From Patescibacteria group bacterium (lineage in GTDB: Bacteria > Patescibacteriota > UBA1384 > DATEAH01), in NCBI GenBank assembly GCA_035288465.1, contig DATEAH010000006.1:27770-91769 (forward strand): DNA of 64,000 nt, given 5' to 3'. Below, piece by piece: positions 1 to 9,723 of the stretch. The first letter of the stretch is position 1, and every line of letters begins with the position of its first letter. Under the pieces are notes generated by a model. The model was given only the letters and a program-made list of their open reading frames with translations. It made no database searches and was not told the DNA's origin. A program made the translations under genes and the position numbers.

Positions 1-100
1 AATATTCAATTCGCCCTAAACCTTACACTTATTTCATTTACCACCAAATGATTTTTATTATTATTTAATCATTTTTTATCAGCTTCGGAATAAATTTTGT

Positions 101-931
101 CTATTTATATTTTTTCCATTTGACTTTAGTTTTATTGGGTTTTGATTTTTCTGGAGTTGCTTTTTCTAAGGGCTTTCGCATTATAATTAAGTGTTTAAAA
201 CCTCTAAGAAAAAAATTAAATTTTCGAGCTCGATAATGCCAAACTCCTGTGTTTGAACTTTGTTGTCTTCTTGTGACACAGATTAAGTCCACAGGTTCAA
301 AATATTTATCCATCATCGCATATATTTTAAAACCAACCGGCGTGAATTTTCTTTTAACCCATTGGTCGCCGATTAACCACCCGACCACCTTGCCTGGTTT
401 TAAAACGCGATAAATCTCTTTAGTTGTTTTTTCGAGCTCTTGATAAAATTTCGAATCTTCAGCGGATATTTTACCAATATCTAAAGGGTCAGTACCATAA
501 TTTACGTTATCACCATAAGGCGAATCAATAAAAACCATATCGGCCGAATTATCTTTAAGAGGAATTTTACGGGCATCGTTTTTAATAATATCTTCTCTTT
601 GGGGATGGATGTCATAACCGATTACCTTTCTTCCTTCTTCATTACAAACATCAATGGTTGTACCGCTACCACACATTGGATCAACAACTAAATCTCCTGG
701 TTGGGTATATCTTTGAATCATGTTCCAGATAATAAATGCCGGCGTTACTCCCTGAAATTTATTATTACCTTTTGGGATAGCACCATAGCTTTGTTTAGGA
801 TAATCCCATAAAGTTGTGGTTTCAAAAGGTGGCTTTTCGTCATTTTTAGGATTCGTCAGTTTTTTTTGTTTGATTAGTTTGATGTTTTTAGCCTTAAAAA
901 GCATTCCGTTTTTTAATTTTTCATCGCTCAT
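101..931 (-). CDS. Site-specific DNA amino-methyltransferase (N4-C/N6-A), type II R-M
   Basis: SAM-binding DPMCGSGTT precedes catalytic DSPY; overlaps the adjacent endonuclease gene by 4 nt. Confidence 0.85.
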   Translation of the reverse strand: MSDEKLKNGMLFKAKNIKLIKQKKLTNPKNDEKPPFETTTLWDYPKQSYGAIPKGNNKFQGVTPAFIIWNMIQRYTQPGDLVVDPMCGSGTTIDVCNEEGRKVIGYDIHPQREDIIKNDARKIPLKDNSADMVFIDSPYGDNVNYGTDPLDIGKISAEDSKFYQELEKTTKEIYRVLKPGKVVGWLIGDQWVKRKFTPVGFKIYAMMDKYFEPVDLICVTRRQQSSNTGVWHYRARKFNFFLRGFKHLIIMRKPLEKATPEKSKPNKTKVKWKKYK

Positions 932-1596
932 TTACAAATCCTCCTTAGATCTTCAATAAATTTATCAAATGATTTCACTTTATCGCTTTCATCAATATTC
1001 TTATCAGACATTACATAACTACCATCAGTATCTACCTCGACGATGGCTCGACCTTTTTTGGTCGGTTTTTTGGAAGTTAAAGTGCCATCTTCGTCCGGAG
1101 TAATAAAGAATACTTTTATATTTTTGGTCACCGGGTCTTGCAAAAATTTAAGTTTCCAATACCCTGTTTGGGCAATTCTTTCTCTTAATGTGACCTTACT
1201 TGAGATAGCGGCTAAAACTTTACAGTTTTTGGGGTTGTAAATAATTAAATCAACATCGGGTAAATGATGACCAAATTCTCCATAATCGATTAAAAGATTC
1301 CTTTTTATTTTACTTACATCTGGGGGTAAATTAGCATTTCCTGTCCTTTCAAATGTACTGCCGGAGATAATTTTTAATCCCAAACTCTCGACTTGATCTT
1401 GAATAATATACATTATCAATTTTTCCAAGTTTTTACCCTTAAACGACCTCCAAGATTGTTCATGATCAGTTAGGGTAAAATCTTTTTTGTGGATTTCTTT
1501 TGCTTTTTTAAAAATGTCGGAAATGTGTTTGTAAATTTCCCGGCCATATTTCTTTTTTTCAATCTCATAAATTTTTATTACCTCGTCAAATTTCAT
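928..1596 (-). CDS. Type II restriction endonuclease, BsaWI/MjaVI-like (CCGG family)
   Basis: QSWRSFKGKNLEKLI ... LPDVDLII ... SSKVTLRERIAQTGYWK permuted PD-(D/E)xK motif; paired with a methyltransferase. Confidence 0.8.
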   Translation of the reverse strand: MKFDEVIKIYEIEKKKYGREIYKHISDIFKKAKEIHKKDFTLTDHEQSWRSFKGKNLEKLIMYIIQDQVESLGLKIISGSTFERTGNANLPPDVSKIKRNLLIDYGEFGHHLPDVDLIIYNPKNCKVLAAISSKVTLRERIAQTGYWKLKFLQDPVTKNIKVFFITPDEDGTLTSKKPTKKGRAIVEVDTDGSYVMSDKNIDESDKVKSFDKFIEDLRRICK

Positions 1597-1768
1597 AATT
1601 CCCCCATATTAAAACACACCAAATATAATATTGCTTTAATTTTACCGCGAATAAAGCTGAAAGGCAAACTTGTGCAGGGTCAAATCTTAATTTGACTGAG
1701 GAAATAAAAAAACGTGGCTAAAAACCGACTTTTGGGTTGGTTTCGAACCACGCTTAGAATTTGAAAAT

Positions 1769-2575
1769 TTAAGTTTCTGCCAACAATTGCGCCCTAAACT
1801 TCTGAAGAATAATTGCTTCTTGCCGTTTTTGATCTTGCAAAGCCTGCGCTTGCTGCTGTTCTTGGGCTTTTTTTTTATCTTCCCTCTTTTGGTAATACTG
1901 TTGGTATACTTCAAGATATCCATATTCTTGGGCGATTTTAGAATTTGAAAAGGAATGGGATAGTCTATATCTGACCCTGATATCTGGGATCTCCCAACAA
2001 ATTGATTCTTCTTCAATCTTGGGTGGCTGGACTTTAGGATTAAAACCAAAATATTGTTGGCGATCAGAATCAGAGTGATAAGTAAGAAGAGACGAATCAA
2101 CATGAATTTCACACCAATCATCCTTGCACAATTGATACCGACCATAGCCGATCTCGCGGGAATCCAAAAATTCTTTCCAGGTTCTGATTCGGGCAACTAC
2201 AGGCAACAAATCATCAGGTATTTCTTCTTCGGGCAAATCAGCCGCTATTTCTAATTTGCCATCAGAATGACTCTCTGATTTTCTTGACACGATGTGGGCA
2301 GTAATTGTCTCAAAAATATCAGGGTAAAGTCGATATTGCGCTCTTAGCTCTTCATTATCAACTAAACACTCACGAACAAAGTAAACCGCAGGTTCAACAG
2401 TTTTCCAAAACAAATCTAATTTAGTTTCAGAAAAGCGTCTTTGAAAGATGTTGATTTGAACCCGAAACAAGCGATTAATTGGGGGAAGAGTTCCTGAATC
2501 AACAACAATAACAAAGCCCAAGACACCAAGTCCTGATACATATGTTGTGTAATGATATCTTTTTCCCTCAACCAT
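1769..2575 (-). CDS. Hypothetical protein
   Basis: 268-aa ORF with AGGAGG SD at ~2585-2590; C-terminal Q/K-rich coiled coil; no family recognised. Confidence 0.55.
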   Translation of the reverse strand: MVEGKRYHYTTYVSGLGVLGFVIVVDSGTLPPINRLFRVQINIFQRRFSETKLDLFWKTVEPAVYFVRECLVDNEELRAQYRLYPDIFETITAHIVSRKSESHSDGKLEIAADLPEEEIPDDLLPVVARIRTWKEFLDSREIGYGRYQLCKDDWCEIHVDSSLLTYHSDSDRQQYFGFNPKVQPPKIEEESICWEIPDIRVRYRLSHSFSNSKIAQEYGYLEVYQQYYQKREDKKKAQEQQQAQALQDQKRQEAIILQKFRAQLLAET

Positions 2576-2730
2576 TAGGATCTGCCTCCTTGGAAGGAAA
2601 AGTTGTAGGGTGCGATGACTGCGTTTATTTTATTATAAATTGATGCCCAAGTCAACCATACAACTCGAACCCCCTGTCATCACATACGAAACTCTTGCAA
2701 TCTTGGAAAAAATCTGATATCTTATAAAGA

Positions 2731-2840
2731 GTAAAGATAAAAAAGTCAAAAGCAAAAATGAAGATTAAATTTTAAAATTGAATCTTATATTTTATTTTTT
2801 ATCTTAATTTATAATCTTTTCTCTTTAATTTTTAATCTTG
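2731..2840. repeat. ORF-less imperfect hairpin with ~7-nt periodic A-rich/T-rich arms
   Basis: gtaaagataaaaaagtcaaaagcaaaaatg ... ttttctctttaatttttaatcttg; resembles the arms around 25654-26100. Confidence 0.4.
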
Positions 2841-2860
2841 ACGAGCGAAAGCGAGGAATC

Positions 2861-3262
2861 GTGCCACAAATAAAATCTGCTAAAAAAGCCAAAAAACAAT
2901 CAGCCAAAAGACGACTTGGCAATGTTGTCACCAAAAACGTAATCAAAAAAGCCAAAAAAGCCGCCTCGGCCGCCTTAGCCAAAAAAGCCGGTGCTGCGGA
3001 AGTGAAAAAATTAGTTTCTGTGGTTGATAAAGCCGCCAAAAATCATGTCATTCATAAGAACAAAGCCGCTCGAATTAAATCAAAATATTTAATTCAATTG
3101 GCAAAATTAAAGCTAGCTTTACCCAAAAAAGAAAAAGTCAAACCGGTGGTAAAAAAACCAGCCGCCAAGAAAGCTACCAAACCAACCGCCAAATCTGCTG
3201 CCAAGAAACCGGCTAAAAAAACTGCGGCAAAAACTGCGAAAAAACCGGCTAAAAAATCATAA
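2861..3262 (+). CDS. rpsT: 30S ribosomal protein S20 with Lys/Ala/Pro-rich C-terminal extension
   Basis: MPQIKSAKK ... VDKAAKNHVIHKNKAARIKS S20 signature, followed by ~45 aa of PAAKK/TAKK repeats. Confidence 0.9.
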   Translation: MPQIKSAKKAKKQSAKRRLGNVVTKNVIKKAKKAASAALAKKAGAAEVKKLVSVVDKAAKNHVIHKNKAARIKSKYLIQLAKLKLALPKKEKVKPVVKKPAAKKATKPTAKSAAKKPAKKTAAKTAKKPAKKS

Positions 3263-3280
3263 TTTTTATATTTAGATAAA

Positions 3281-3438
3281 GCCCGACTTAACTTATCATT
3301 CGCCTTTCCAGTATTACCGCGCCCCGCCATGCAAAACAGTTTGCTGGCGTTGCGGGCGGGTTCATGCACGACTCATGATGCGTTTGGTCGTCGGGCTGCA
3401 CAACCTATTTTTATATAATTTATGGAGTGCAGGAGGGG
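3281..3438 (+). promoter_or_regulatory. Conserved structured 5' leader, copy A
   Basis: GCCCGAC...GTCGGGC stem, TGCAC...GTGCA stem, then GGAGGGG SD; homologous to 16238-16387 and 43338-43451. Confidence 0.7.
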
Positions 3439-3439
3439 T

Positions 3440-4051
3440 ATGCGCAATGTGATTCGACCGCGTCTATCATTAGAAAATAAAAGTTCTAAAAGCAAAATTT
3501 TTTATAGGTTAGCGCGGTTTTTTGATTTAAGCAAATGGGTTATTTTAATCGCGATTGTGATTTATTTAGGACATTTGTTTGTGGTGAGCATTTTTGCGGT
3601 TTCTGGGGCGAGCATGGAGCCAAATTTTCACGACAAAGAATATTTAATCGTCAATAAAACCTTTCGAATTATTGACCGAATTCAACGCGGTGATGTGGCG
3701 ATTTTTAAATTCCCCGGCGATCCAAACGAGCTTTATATTAAAAGAATAATTGGTTTGCCGGGCGATACGATTGAAATCAAAGATAAAGCGGTTTGGGTTA
3801 ATGGTCGGAAAATGATTGAAATGTATTTAACTAAAGATATGGTCACGGATAAATTATCAAATCAGCAAAAATGGCATCTGGGTGCCAATGAATATTTTGT
3901 GATGGGTGACAATCGCGAAAATTCGAACGACTCGCGGGTTTGGGGCAGTTTACCCAAAGAAAATATTGTTGGCATTGCTAATTTCGTAATTTTGCCAGCA
4001 GCGATGGCTGGCAAGATTCCTATCCCTGATTATTATACGAGCTCAAAATAA
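3440..4051 (+). CDS. lepB: Signal peptidase I
   Basis: TM helix, catalytic SGASMEPN, YIKRIIGLPGD, GDNRENSNDSR; exact start uncertain (ATG 3440 directly follows the GGAGGGG SD). Confidence 0.93.
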   Translation: MRNVIRPRLSLENKSSKSKIFYRLARFFDLSKWVILIAIVIYLGHLFVVSIFAVSGASMEPNFHDKEYLIVNKTFRIIDRIQRGDVAIFKFPGDPNELYIKRIIGLPGDTIEIKDKAVWVNGRKMIEMYLTKDMVTDKLSNQQKWHLGANEYFVMGDNRENSNDSRVWGSLPKENIVGIANFVILPAAMAGKIPIPDYYTSSK

Positions 4052-4054
4052 AAT

Positions 4055-5671
4055 CTAAATTAATGGTTCTTTGAGGGCCATTAGGGTCTGGGTGATAATT
4101 TCAATCATTGGATAAAGCCTTTGCGTAAATTTTGGCAAAGTGCCAATTTCGTGATAAGACAAATACCATTCAGGTAAATTAAAGGGGATACGGCTAAAAT
4201 GATTAGCCCATTCTTTCTCGCAACCCAAAACCACCGCATATGGTAAATAATTAATGAATTCTTCCCGCTGTGCTTCGGCGGCGGTAGTTTGTTTGGGATA
4301 ACGAATTAAATAACGGCGAAAAGCCAGCCAGTCCGACAAGGCGCGTCGGCCTTTTTTAGTGCGCATCGGCATTTTGCTCGATAAAGCAATGATAAATAAA
4401 GCGGCAATTGCAGATCCCGTGAAAACCAAAACTATATAAGGCGGATTGACAAAAGCTGGAGAGATAAAAACTGCCAGCGCTGACAAGAAAAACAATAAAA
4501 TGCCAAAAATTTGATATCGATAGAGTATCGTTCTGGGGCCTTGGACAAAATAACCTAATTTCGCGATTTGATCATATGCTTTGGCATATATTTTAAAAAC
4601 TGCCTCGGAAAATAAGACTTTTTCGGGTTGCTCCTCAATACCGGCTAAACTTTCTTTAAAATGGCCTTTGAGCAATTCTTCAGATAAGGCGCGATCAAAT
4701 GGCTGGGCATCGTTAAATGATTTTTTTTCACCAATATTATAGCCATCGCCTTTTTCAGAAATAACCAAATAGCCACGATTAGCTAAGTCCAAAATTTGGC
4801 TGGCAATTTCCGCCGGCCCGATTTTTTGCCGAAATAAAACGCCCACTAAAAGCGGGCTCATTTGATTGGGAGGCCGATCTGAAACTCGATCGGAAATTTC
4901 CGGCCCACCAGAACGTCGGCGAATTAAAATCATCGCTAACAAACTTAAGATGATCACGCTCGGCAAAAAGATGGTCGCCGCCAGCCAAAAATCCAAACCA
5001 GCTAATCGGATTTCCGTCATTATCTTGACCATAGTCGCCATTTTGATTAAATTTTTATTAAATTTAACTTGGCAGGTAAAGCTACTATACGGCGAGAGAT
5101 TTTTGGCATAATAATACATAGCGCCATTTTTGACTCGCGCCCCACTCTTGCCTACTCCATGAATTGCATAATGAGATAAATAAACCTGGTTAGCTTTGAC
5201 ATTCTGCGGAAAAACGAGAAAGACCTCAAGGCTATCAATATTAATCCCGGGATTTTTAATCGGCTGAAAGCGCAGTTGATATTGGTTTTCGGTTGGCATA
5301 AATTCGGCGGCTTGTTCATATTCAATGCGCCAAGTATCACCCAAATTTGGGCTTGCTAAATCATAGATTAAAATCTGGTTATCAACTTTTCGAATTTTAT
5401 ATTGATCTTTGGAGATTTTCGTGTCTGAACGATAAATTTGTAAATTTGAAATATTTTTGGCATTAATTGCCCAGGCAAAATCAGCCACAAAGCGATTTGA
5501 AAAGACAAAATTTTCCTGCACTTTTAGCCGGCCATTGTTACCAAGAATGGCATTAATTTTAAGCTGGCTAAGACTAATTGGTACAAAATTTTCTTGAGCC
5601 TGAATAGATCTTGGCCAAAACAAGATCAAACTGGCAAAAATAATTAACAAGCACTTAGACCGGAATTTCAC
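4055..5671 (-). CDS. DUF2207-like membrane protein
   Basis: Signal peptide, ILDLANRGYL, FRRYL and YLPYAVVLGCEKEW motifs typical of DUF2207. Confidence 0.75.
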   Translation of the reverse strand: MKFRSKCLLIIFASLILFWPRSIQAQENFVPISLSQLKINAILGNNGRLKVQENFVFSNRFVADFAWAINAKNISNLQIYRSDTKISKDQYKIRKVDNQILIYDLASPNLGDTWRIEYEQAAEFMPTENQYQLRFQPIKNPGINIDSLEVFLVFPQNVKANQVYLSHYAIHGVGKSGARVKNGAMYYYAKNLSPYSSFTCQVKFNKNLIKMATMVKIMTEIRLAGLDFWLAATIFLPSVIILSLLAMILIRRRSGGPEISDRVSDRPPNQMSPLLVGVLFRQKIGPAEIASQILDLANRGYLVISEKGDGYNIGEKKSFNDAQPFDRALSEELLKGHFKESLAGIEEQPEKVLFSEAVFKIYAKAYDQIAKLGYFVQGPRTILYRYQIFGILLFFLSALAVFISPAFVNPPYIVLVFTGSAIAALFIIALSSKMPMRTKKGRRALSDWLAFRRYLIRYPKQTTAAEAQREEFINYLPYAVVLGCEKEWANHFSRIPFNLPEWYLSYHEIGTLPKFTQRLYPMIEIITQTLMALKEPLI

Positions 5672-5683
5672 AGCCCCCCTTGT

Positions 5684-5810
5684 GAGCTCCGATGCGATAT
5701 CGGAGCGAATTATGAATCATGAATCGCCTCCTCGGCGATCCACCGAAGAGGTGGATTGAGAATAATAGAATAATTAGAAATTAGACTAATTAGGTTAATT
5801 AGTTAATTCT
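5684..5810. repeat. Cluster of small GC palindromes plus a periodic arm upstream of the DUF2207 gene
   Basis: gctccgatgcgatatcggagc, tcgcctcctcggcga, atccaccgaagaggtggat, then tagaataattagaaattagactaattagg. Confidence 0.55.
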
Positions 5811-5822
5811 GTCCTTATTTTA

Positions 5823-6761
5823 TCATCCCATCAAACCCAAGACAAGCAATTCCAAAGCAAAATCTGGATCAATTTGGCCAGTTTTCATGGCAATTTCCGC
5901 CGACATTAATTTTTGATAAATCAGTTTCAGATTTGATAAAGAAAAATTTCTAATCTGTTGCAAACTTTTTTGAATAACAAAAGGGTGCAATCTGGTTTTT
6001 TCGCGAATTTGGGCTGATCCCAAACCAGATTCGGATAAGGCCTTTATAATAATCAAATTTCGAAACTGGTACACAATCATGGTATGAATATATAAAGCAT
6101 TTTCGCCGGCGACGAGTAAATTTTTTAAAATTTGCTGGCTTTTGGCTAAATTTTTCGCGGCTAACGAATCAATAAGCTCAAAAATGCTGGGTGAAAATTG
6201 CGGTTTGACCAAGTCACGAACATCTTCCACGTGAATTTCTTTCCTATCTTTATATTCTATAAGTTTGTCAATTTCTAAATCTAAACGACCCAAATCATTG
6301 CCAACAAAAAAAGTTAAGGTTTCGGCGGCCTCAAAATCAATTTTGCCACCTTTTTCTTCGACTCTTTTTTTAGCCCAAGTCAAAATCCCTTGGCTTGCGA
6401 GAGGCTCAAATTGCCAGACTTTGCCAATTTCAGTGACTTTTTTAAGCACTGGATTTTTTGGGCTAAGTTCTGATTCAACAAAAACCACTGTCACTTCGGC
6501 TGGAATTTTGACAATAATTTTGGCAATTTCTTTGGCATCAGTTGGGCTGGCTTTCTTAAGGAAATTTTTCACGATGATGAGTTTTTGGGCTGATAAAAAA
6601 TTAGTAACGATAAGTGAGTTTTTAAATTGACTCAGGCTCATATTTTCGTCAAATTTTTCAATATTAAACTCAGAACCGGTTTTTTCGACAAATTTTGCTT
6701 GAACCTGGTTCATTTTTTCTAAAACGCGAAAATTGTCCTTACCATAGATTAAAAAAATCAT
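5823..6761 (-). CDS. holA: DNA polymerase III delta subunit
   Basis: MIFLIYGKD start, VGNDLGRLDLEIDKL, IFELIDSL, HPFVIQK, AMKTG. Confidence 0.9.
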   Translation of the reverse strand: MIFLIYGKDNFRVLEKMNQVQAKFVEKTGSEFNIEKFDENMSLSQFKNSLIVTNFLSAQKLIIVKNFLKKASPTDAKEIAKIIVKIPAEVTVVFVESELSPKNPVLKKVTEIGKVWQFEPLASQGILTWAKKRVEEKGGKIDFEAAETLTFFVGNDLGRLDLEIDKLIEYKDRKEIHVEDVRDLVKPQFSPSIFELIDSLAAKNLAKSQQILKNLLVAGENALYIHTMIVYQFRNLIIIKALSESGLGSAQIREKTRLHPFVIQKSLQQIRNFSLSNLKLIYQKLMSAEIAMKTGQIDPDFALELLVLGLMG

Positions 6762-9502
6762 AATTTTATTTTTTTCAGTTCTTGCCAGTTGTCGCCAACC
6801 GAAATATCAACCTTGATTGGCACGTCTAATTTAAAAACATTTTCCATAATTTCGCGAATTTTAACCGCAGCACTGGCAACTTGGTCTTTGGGTACCTCAA
6901 AAACCAATTCATCATGAACCTGTAATAACATTTTTACTTTTGGCTCTTTAATTTTTGATTTTATTTTTATCATCGCCATTTTAATAATTTCCGCGGCTGT
7001 GCCTTGCGCCGGCATATTAATCGCCATTCTTTCGGCGGCTTTTTGAACTTGAGACATGCCTGAATGAATTTCTGGCAAATAGCGCTTATGACCTGATAGG
7101 GTTTCGACAAAACCGGTTTCGCGCGTCTCGGCAATCACTTCCTCAAGATATTTTTTAATGCCAGCAAAGGCTTGAAAATAGCGTTCAATAAAATTCGCGG
7201 CTTCTTTTTGGTTAATGCCCAAGCTTTGTGCTAAACCATAGGCGCTCATACCATATAAAACGCCAAAGTTGACGGTTTTGGCAACCCGTCGTTGTTGCGG
7301 AGTTACTTGATTTAAACCAACTCCAAAAATCTCCGCGGCGGTGGCAGCATGAAAATCTTCACCCTCTTTAAAAGCTTTGATGGCTTTTTGATCATCTGCC
7401 AATGACGCCATCACCCTTAATTCAATTTGGGAATAATCTGCGGAAACAATTTTATTGCCAAGACTAGCGATAAAGGCTTTGCGAATTTCCCGTCCCAACT
7501 CAGTTCGAATCGGGATATTTTGCAAATTTGGCTCAGAAGATGACAATCTGCCCGTGGCTGTAATGGTTTGATTAAAACTGGTATGCAGCCGACCAGTTTC
7601 GGGATTGATTAATTTTGGCAAGGCGTCTAGATAAGTATTTTTAAGTTTGGTCATTTCTCGATAATCGCGGATTAGGTCAATAATTTCGTGCTTGCCTTTG
7701 AGTTTTTCAAGTTCAGAGGCGGCCGTAGAATGACCAGTTTTGGTGCGCTTAACCTGAGTCAAAGGAATTTGTAATTTTTCGAACAAAATTTTTGAAAGCT
7801 GCTGGGTGGAACTAATATTAAATTCCTCACCGGCTAATTTCCAAATTTTAGCTTTAAGTTTTTCAATCTTCAAGCTAGTCTGGCGGGATAATTGCTTAAG
7901 GAATTTAGCATCAACCTTGATGCCGGCTAATTCTATTTCGGCTAAAACTTTAATTAAAGGCATTTCAATTTGATAAAAAAGCTGATCAAGTTTTTCTTCG
8001 CTAATTTTGGGCTTAAAAATATTGACCAATCTGAGCGTAATGTCAGCGTCTTCACCAGAATATTGGGCGATTTTGGCAGTTGGCACCTCGGTTAATGATT
8101 TTAAATTTTTACCTTTGCCGATCAAGTCTTCAATCGGAATCATTTCCACGCCTAATTCCGCAAAAGCGATTTGGTCTAAGTTGTGAGCGCGGGTGTGTGG
8201 ATTTAATAAATAGGACGCAATCATCGTATCAAAACTAAGCGGCGTCAATTCAATGCCATTTCTTTTTAAAACTAGATAATCATATTTTAGATTATGGCCG
8301 AATTTGGCAATTTTCGGATTTTCCAAGATTGGTTTGAGTTTTTTAAGCCAAGCTTGACCATGGTCGTTATCAACCGGAATATAAAAGGCTTTTTTTTCTT
8401 CAAAACTGACCGAGATTCCTAATAATTTGGAGGAGATTGCGTCAAGCCGGTCAGTTTCAGTGTCAATGACAATCCCTTTTTGCTGGGAAAGTTTTTGGCA
8501 GATTTGCTCAAATTGATCATTGGTTACTATTAAAAGATATTCAGCTTCAGTTTTGTGGATTGGGATATTTTTTGGGGTGGTTTTGGTTTTTTCAACGGCG
8601 GCCTCAAACAAGTTTGTTTGGCTGGTTTGTCTGGCGCCGGGAATTCTGGTCATTAAACTTCTAAATTCTAATTCTTGGAATAAATTGGCAATTCGGGTAC
8701 GGTCAAAATCGCCAAAAGCGCATTTTGCTAGTTGAATTTCTAGTGGTACATTTTGATCGATGGTGACTAGTTTTTTGGCTAATTCAGCCTGTTTTTCTGC
8801 GCCGGTTAAGAGCTTTTGGAGTTTAGGCGAAAGTTCGTCGAGGTTTTTGAAAATTTGTTCAATTGAGCCGTATTTTTCAATTAATTCCTGGCCGGTTTTT
8901 TCACCAATCCCCGCCACGCCTGGAATATTATCAGATTGATCGCCTCTCAAGGCTTTAAAATCGATCAGGCTCGTTGGTGGGAGCTGGTAGCGTTCTTGAA
9001 CTAAATCTTCATCATAAATGGCGGTATCAGTTAAACCGCGTTTCATGGTGTAAACTTTGGTTTTAGGGTTAACTAATTGCAAAGTATCAAGATCACCGGT
9101 AACAATAATAACTTCATCAACTAATTTTTGGGTCTTGGCTGCAAAAGTGCCAATAATATCGTCGGCTTCAAAACCAGCCTTTTCGATCACTGGCACACTA
9201 AAAGCTTCAATAATTTCTTTAATTTTGGGAATTTGATCGTATAATTCCTGAGGCGCGGCAACCCGTTTGGCTTTGTACTCTTTAAAAGCTTTATGCCTGA
9301 AAGTTGGTTTTTTAATATCAAAAGCCGTCACTAAAAAATCCGGTTTTAAGTCCCGAATCATATTCAAAAAAATCATGCAGAAACCATAAACCGCATTCAC
9401 CGGCTGACCAGATTTTGTGGTAAGATGCGGAATTGCATGAAAGGCGCGGTGCACAATCGCTGGCGCATCGACTAAAACTAATCTTTTTTTAGTTTTGGAC
9501 AT
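6758..9502 (-). CDS. polA: DNA polymerase I
   Basis: 5'-3' exonuclease (EADDIIGT, GDQSDNIPGV), 3'-5' exonuclease (DTET), polymerase motifs ADYSQIELR and QVHDEL. Confidence 0.97.
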   Translation of the reverse strand: MSKTKKRLVLVDAPAIVHRAFHAIPHLTTKSGQPVNAVYGFCMIFLNMIRDLKPDFLVTAFDIKKPTFRHKAFKEYKAKRVAAPQELYDQIPKIKEIIEAFSVPVIEKAGFEADDIIGTFAAKTQKLVDEVIIVTGDLDTLQLVNPKTKVYTMKRGLTDTAIYDEDLVQERYQLPPTSLIDFKALRGDQSDNIPGVAGIGEKTGQELIEKYGSIEQIFKNLDELSPKLQKLLTGAEKQAELAKKLVTIDQNVPLEIQLAKCAFGDFDRTRIANLFQELEFRSLMTRIPGARQTSQTNLFEAAVEKTKTTPKNIPIHKTEAEYLLIVTNDQFEQICQKLSQQKGIVIDTETDRLDAISSKLLGISVSFEEKKAFYIPVDNDHGQAWLKKLKPILENPKIAKFGHNLKYDYLVLKRNGIELTPLSFDTMIASYLLNPHTRAHNLDQIAFAELGVEMIPIEDLIGKGKNLKSLTEVPTAKIAQYSGEDADITLRLVNIFKPKISEEKLDQLFYQIEMPLIKVLAEIELAGIKVDAKFLKQLSRQTSLKIEKLKAKIWKLAGEEFNISSTQQLSKILFEKLQIPLTQVKRTKTGHSTAASELEKLKGKHEIIDLIRDYREMTKLKNTYLDALPKLINPETGRLHTSFNQTITATGRLSSSEPNLQNIPIRTELGREIRKAFIASLGNKIVSADYSQIELRVMASLADDQKAIKAFKEGEDFHAATAAEIFGVGLNQVTPQQRRVAKTVNFGVLYGMSAYGLAQSLGINQKEAANFIERYFQAFAGIKKYLEEVIAETRETGFVETLSGHKRYLPEIHSGMSQVQKAAERMAINMPAQGTAAEIIKMAMIKIKSKIKEPKVKMLLQVHDELVFEVPKDQVASAAVKIREIMENVFKLDVPIKVDISVGDNWQELKKIKL

Positions 9503-9515
9503 CAAACCTCTGGAA

Positions 9516-9650
9516 AATTTCTAATTTCTAATTATTCTAATTTCTAAACAAATCCCAATGTTTAAATTCCCAATAACTAAATTCAGATATTTGAAATTGA
9601 GTAATTGGGTATTCATTAGGTCAATTAGAGTAATTAGGTTAATTGAACTA
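9516..9650. repeat. ORF-less heptamer-periodic hairpin element
   Basis: aatttctaatttctaattattctaatttctaaacaaatccc ... aattagagtaattaggttaatt. Confidence 0.6.
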
Positions 9651-9723
9651 ATTATACCTATTCTATTTTACCAAAAAAAGCCCGCTGAAGCGAGCCCATC
9701 ATCGATTTATTTAAAATTAAGGG

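Noticed and set aside
1687-2196. 169-aa ORF overlapping 1769-2575 on the same strand
   Set aside because: Alternative frame of the longer SD-supported ORF; no recognisable motif
3281-3438. Group II intron domain V/VI remnant or known riboswitch (T-box, c-di-GMP, SAM)
   Set aside because: No catalytic AGC/CGC-triad DV hairpin or known aptamer consensus recognised by eye; an Rfam search is still needed
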